Notes under the pieces: generated by a model
Database searches by the model: none
What the model saw: the letters and a program-made list of their open reading frames with translations, nothing else
Told to the model about the DNA's origin: nothing
Assembly: GCA_964036045.1 (NCBI GenBank)
Contig: OZ038378.1
Location: 25,916,001-25,980,000 of the forward strand
Direction of reading: 5' to 3'
Origin: Eutreptiella sp. 'Long Island Sound 2002'
Taxonomy: Eukaryota; Protista; Euglenida
DNA: 64,000 nt
Shown here: positions 59,240 to 64,000 of the stretch, piece by piece
How the letters are laid out: every line of letters starts with the position of its first letter
How positions within the stretch are numbered: position 1 is the stretch's first letter
Made by a program: the position numbers and the translations under genes

Positions 59240-59510
59240 ACACGGGGCATCAGAAGGGTTTCGGAAAAAGGCGAAATTTGAAATTTTTTCAATTGTCACT
59301 AAACAGCCTACGCAACAACAATTTCTGGCTTTTGGGTGGCCCATGGCACGGGCTACCTAGGCCTAGCAGCCACTATGTGGGTCCCCATGTGTACTCAAGT
59401 ACCCGTATTGTCACCAAATGATCACCCAAAATCATCCTAGGGGCAACAAAAGGGTTACGGAAAAAATCGAATTTTGAAAACTGTTTAGGTGCCACTAAAC
59501 AGCCCACCCA
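59240..59510. repeat. ~1.4 units of the 197-bp satellite
   Basis: gccactatgtgggtccccatg.gtactcaagtacccgtattgtcaccaaatgat, as in 43905-44755. Confidence 0.9.
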
Positions 59511-59699
59511 GCGTGAAAACGGCCAAGTCCTCACTCGCAAGGGGCCATATGGGGGGGGGGGGGACTGGGGGTACCCGGAGTTGGGACTGGGGACCCCCGC
59601 CATGGGTTAGGGGGTCCATATACAAGAAAAAATTTCTTTAGGACCCAAGTCCAAATACACACACGGCTGTCACAATACGCAAAGCAGTTTTGCCCCCCC

Positions 59700-59922
59700 C
59701 CCCCCCGACCTCCCCCAAAAAACAGTCACCCAGGGGCGGGGGACCATGGGGGTCAAAATCCAAAAAATCATTGGGTGATCAATTTTTGTGCTAAAATGAT
59801 GATTTTACAATGGGTTAGATGTCAGAAACCATACATTGGGGTATGCTACGCAAACAACCCAAAAAAAGGGGGGTATACGACGCCTGCGCGTGCATTTGAT
59901 CCAACAACCTCTCTTCGAGGTG
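59700..59922 (+). repeat. Dispersed ~220-bp repeat, copy 2 (copy 1 at 7340-7550)
   Basis: Same conserved blocks as 7340-7550. Confidence 0.8.
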
Positions 59923-61633
59923 ATTCTTCTGGGCCGCATTGCGGTGAGCCATCACTAGTGTTTGAACTAGCCTCTTTGGACTGGCCTGTCATGAGAGCCC
60001 TTGGTCCGGACCCCCCCCCCCAAAACCTCCTTCGGGTGGCTCGAGCGACTCCCCTCCCCCCACACGCAAGCCAATTTTGCACTTGCCATGGCACACACTG
60101 ACTATGGCCAATGTGTGCCCAACAGGTTGCAAACCAGCTTGACAAATCACGCTAGTAAGCACATGTGGAGGCAACCTCCTCTAGGCAACACCCAACCCCA
60201 GCATTCTTTAGGAGGGAGCTCTTGCCACGGTGTGCGCGCGGTGCAAACTTTGGGTGTATCTGGGACCCCCCCACCCCGGTGATAATTGCAACCTCAAAGA
60301 GGCCCCCTGGAAAGAACAAAAACCACCCAGAAGCCTTTGGCAATTATTCGCAACCAGAAAAAAAAAACCTGTGAACAAAGGTGGTGTGCTTGCAACAAAG
60401 GCTTTCTGGGGTTATAATGGCTGTTTGGGTGGGTACATCTTGGGATGGTTCACCGGTGTTTGACCACTAATAGTTGCCATGGTGCAGACGCGGTGCACAC
60501 GTGGTGTGTGCGCGGTGCAACAACTCCCACTAGGCAAGCCCCAACAGCAACCCCCAGGCCACACCCTTCTCATCCCCTCTCAGCTGCAGCAACCCCCAAG
60601 AAATCCCCAACAATACCCAAGGAGCCCCAGGTAACCCACAACAGCCCCAGACAACTCCTAGCAATCCCCGGGTAGCCCATGGCAGCTCCTTTTTTCCTTC
60701 CTCAATCAACCCCAACAACCCCCAGGACACCACAATATCCCACAAGCTATTACCAGAAAATCCCTAGGCAACCTCCAAGCCCCAGCAAACCTGTGAATCC
60801 CCCCCCCCAAAAGTTCCAAAGCAGGGCAGATAGCGTGTCTGGGGTGGGTCTCTTGTAGAGGGACCCCCCGTTCCAGCACAGGATCGGTGTTGCAGCATAG
60901 GAAACCCGTAAAGGATGTGGCGGAGGGGGCACAACAAGTACCATGGCAGCCAGACATCATGCCCAGGCGTATTTCTGTTGACAGTTCCGCCTCCATGCCT
61001 TGGAGGGCCGACCACGACCACCTCAACTACCTCTGAGGGGTCTGCGCCAATGACCCATTCAATATCCCCTCCATTACCATCACACGAAGGCAACCTGAAC
61101 TCATGTTGGACTCCATGACAGTTTGAGAATAAAGAATTGAACCCGGGCTAAAACAATGAGTACATCAAGGAACTCAAGAGCTATTCAATGAGCCACTGAA
61201 CGCATGATAAACAGGTTCGAAACATTTTAAATAAATTGATTATTGTAGCATGGTGTGGCCAATGTGACAGGACGCGTGTTCATCGGCGACATTCGACGAT
61301 GACTGAGAACATAGAAACATGAGCTGAAAATTGTGAAAATTGACATCATGACATGGTCATTGAAAATTGAAATTGATTGGAGTCATTTTGGACCTCATCT
61401 ACTGCCGTTGCACAACCTCCGCTTAACAAGAGAATCTTGGCCTCCAACTCACCACCAGCTACCTCTATGCCCACGGGCTCCCCAGACAACCCCGAAAATC
61501 TGTCAGCCTAGCCACTGAAGGGGCCAATACCCCACACTTACGCCCAGGGGAGCCCATCCAAGTGAAGGACACTGCCGTGCACCTGGGGGTCACACAGTCC
61601 ATCGACCACCAGTAAGTCACCCTGCCCGCCAAA

Positions 61634-61700
61634 CAGGAGCTGTTGGCAGCTCCACAGAAGCTGTTGGCAGCTCCACAGAAGCTGTTGGGAGCTCCACAGG
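61634..61700. repeat. 3 x 21-bp tandem repeat
   Basis: cag(g/a)agctgttgg(c/g)agctcca three times. Confidence 0.9.
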
Positions 61701-62284
61701 TGATAGCATGGGCTGCCTTCCAGCAAGCAGACTTACAGAGCGGCTGCCAGTCCCCCTGATATCAAGGAGATGATCCTATTGCCTGTTGCTCACGCCACTC
61801 TTGCTTTCTTAGGCCAGGGTTTCTGGTCAACAGTGCCCAGTAACTCTGTTGTGGGGCATCTGTGTGAGTTGCCACTCAAATGATGCACAATTCCCAAATG
61901 TTCCAGACTGAGGCTTGTTCTCCCCTTTCATTACCTGGATCAAAGACCCACAGCGACACAGCTGCACAGCTTCACTGCCACACATCCAGACACTCGCACG
62001 GCTGCACAGACAGCCACTCAGTCACCACAGACACAGCCGTGTACATAGCAAGGCCCTTTGACCTGTGAAGTTCACAATTGGTGTGCCAGTACAATCCAGA
62101 CTGGGATAGTCATAGATCTCTTCGCATGACACCGCCATTCGGCTAATAGCGCCATCAGTCACGCACTCCCCAGGAGGATACACCCACTGAATCTTGGCAG
62201 CAATGTCTGTGCTGCAATTGCCTGATGCACACAAACAGCAGCATAATCTGCCAGCATCCAGTCTAGGCAGGAATATAGGCGAGA

Positions 62285-62701
62285 GCATGTTTCGGAGGCC
62301 GGGTTTTTGTTTCTGGGGGGGGGGGTCAATAGAGCCCTCCGGCTGGACCCCCCCCCTCCCCAAAAAAGGGCTCAATTGACAGGACCCACAAAATCCTACC
62401 GAGACTGACCCCCGGGCCTCGGAGGTGACCAAGACCCAAAAATCAGGAAAAAAAAAAGAAAATGGGATTTTTGGAATCAGCGCGTCGAGGGGGTTCAGAA
62501 AAGTCATCATTTGCCAAATATTTGGTGAAAAAATTGACCAATTTTAATGCTCAAAAAAATTTTCGGCGCCTTTGGCACCAGACTTCATAATGACTGATTA
62601 ATGGTGCCTGTCAATTGAGCCCTTTTCCCGAACCCCCCCCCCCAGTTTTTGGGGGCTCTATTGACCCCCCCCCCCCCCCCGGAAGTGAAAACCCGACATG
62701 C
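62285..62701. mobile_element. MITE-like element with nested inverted repeats
   Basis: gggggtcaatagagccc / gggctctattgaccccc; aaaagggctcaattgacagg / cctgtcaattgagccctttt; outer gcatgt..cgggtttt / aaaacccgacatgc. No TSD seen. Confidence 0.7.
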
Positions 62702-64000
62702 CTTTGGGTTAATGGGAAAACGAAGAACAAGAGAACCTTGTCTTCCTAATTTGCGAGCAACAAGACAGAGGGCAAACAAGTAATGGATCGCCATGAAGCA
62801 ATATTCATTGCACAGTCACCATTGCTAGGGCGATCGATGGCAGATGCCGACGCTGGTTCATCATACTCCAGCGGTTTATGCACAGCTCTCCCTCATTTTG
62901 CATCACTTCATGTACCGGACAATGTTCAGGATCCTGAGCATCTCCCAGGAACCATACACTGCAGAGCACTCTGCTGTGGGATGCAAACTATGATCAGGTG
63001 GGCACAGGGATGTAAGATCGCCTGACGAGACAGGGCAGGGCACAAGGCAGCAAGAAGACAAAGAGGACGCGAAGCAGGGCAGTGAAGAAGTGATGCGCAG
63101 GTCCTGAGTGTTGTAACACACTCCAAGGGATGCACACCTGATGGCTGACCAATGATTTTGCAAAGGATCAGTTTTCCTGCAGACAATTTTTCTCATCCAA
63201 TTTGCCATGGACTGGGGGAAGGTGAAAGTGTAGCCATGCCAGGTGGGGCACCGACCCTCGCATTTACCTGAGGCACTTGTGCTCAACTCAACTTCCTGCA
63301 AACCTTGCGGCGGTTTCCAGACGGCCCTTTATCCAGACGTCCCTTGTCCATACAAACCACGATGCAGAGTATTCCAGAGAGTCTGTGTCACGGGCAATGT
63401 GGGCACAGGGCAAGAGGTTTATGGATTTTCATGTAAAATGCCACCATAAATCGGGATGGTTGGGTGCAGAGATTCAGGGATACACACCAATGTTGTATGA
63501 GATCACATCGCAAATGCAGCATGTCGAGACAGTGACGAGCGCAAGACAGGCGAGAAGCCTCAGCAGAAAGGCCATGGGTCAAGAACAACCTGTTCAAGAA
63601 ATGAGCAAGGATTGGATACGACTGGTGGGGCTCGGTGACATCCCTGAAGTCCCGGGCAGGCACACAACCACAACCACTACAACCATGCAACCACGAGCAA
63701 AAACATACTCCCCAAGCACCACCCCCATGCAAATCATGTTGAGCTGTCAAGTGCCCAAAACGCCCCTCAAAGCGTGGTGGTGCACTATGGCACACCAAAC
63801 CCCTGTCTGCACACCCAGTGAGAGTCCTTTTTGCAGAGTGTAAAGTTGTGGGTTGGCAACTTTAAATCCTCACACACAATCTTGGAGGCCCCAGCCTCAT
63901 TGGCGTCATTGGCGGGCGAACGTTCTGCAACCCTGCCTTGAAAGGTGCCTTCGAGCGCCTGTCATTTTGGGATCATCATTTCGGGCCACCCAACGAATTA

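Overview
Eukaryotic, repeat-dominated DNA. I found no intact host gene and nothing prokaryotic. A 24-nt near match to the euglenid spliced-leader (SL) exon at 57776-57799 (-) points to a euglenid host. The window is a nest of decayed mobile elements. (1) A near full-length L1/Tx1-like LINE (51247-57799, -) has ORF1 and ORF2 (APE endonuclease, RT, CCHC knuckle, RNase H1-type domain), and its 5' terminus is the SL exon. (2) Three copies of a second, GC-rich LINE family (34491-39726, 40119-41003, 41222-43739) all sit at the same position of a ~190-200-bp satellite unit; two have target-site duplications, one is 5'-inverted, and the longest has a candidate HDV-like ribozyme at its 5' end. (3) Fragments of DIRS-like tyrosine-recombinase retroelements (RT/RNase H and a split YR gene). 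(4) Two copies of a Ulp1-protease + PHD-like gene beside an 84-bp palindrome-containing tandem repeat, one bounded by AT-rich TIRs. (5) An internally deleted pogo-like transposon, MITE-like elements, tRNA-derived SINE-like heads, several minisatellites and many poly-G/C tracts. All calls were made by eye from motifs and internal homology. No database search or folding program was run, and most boundaries are approximate.
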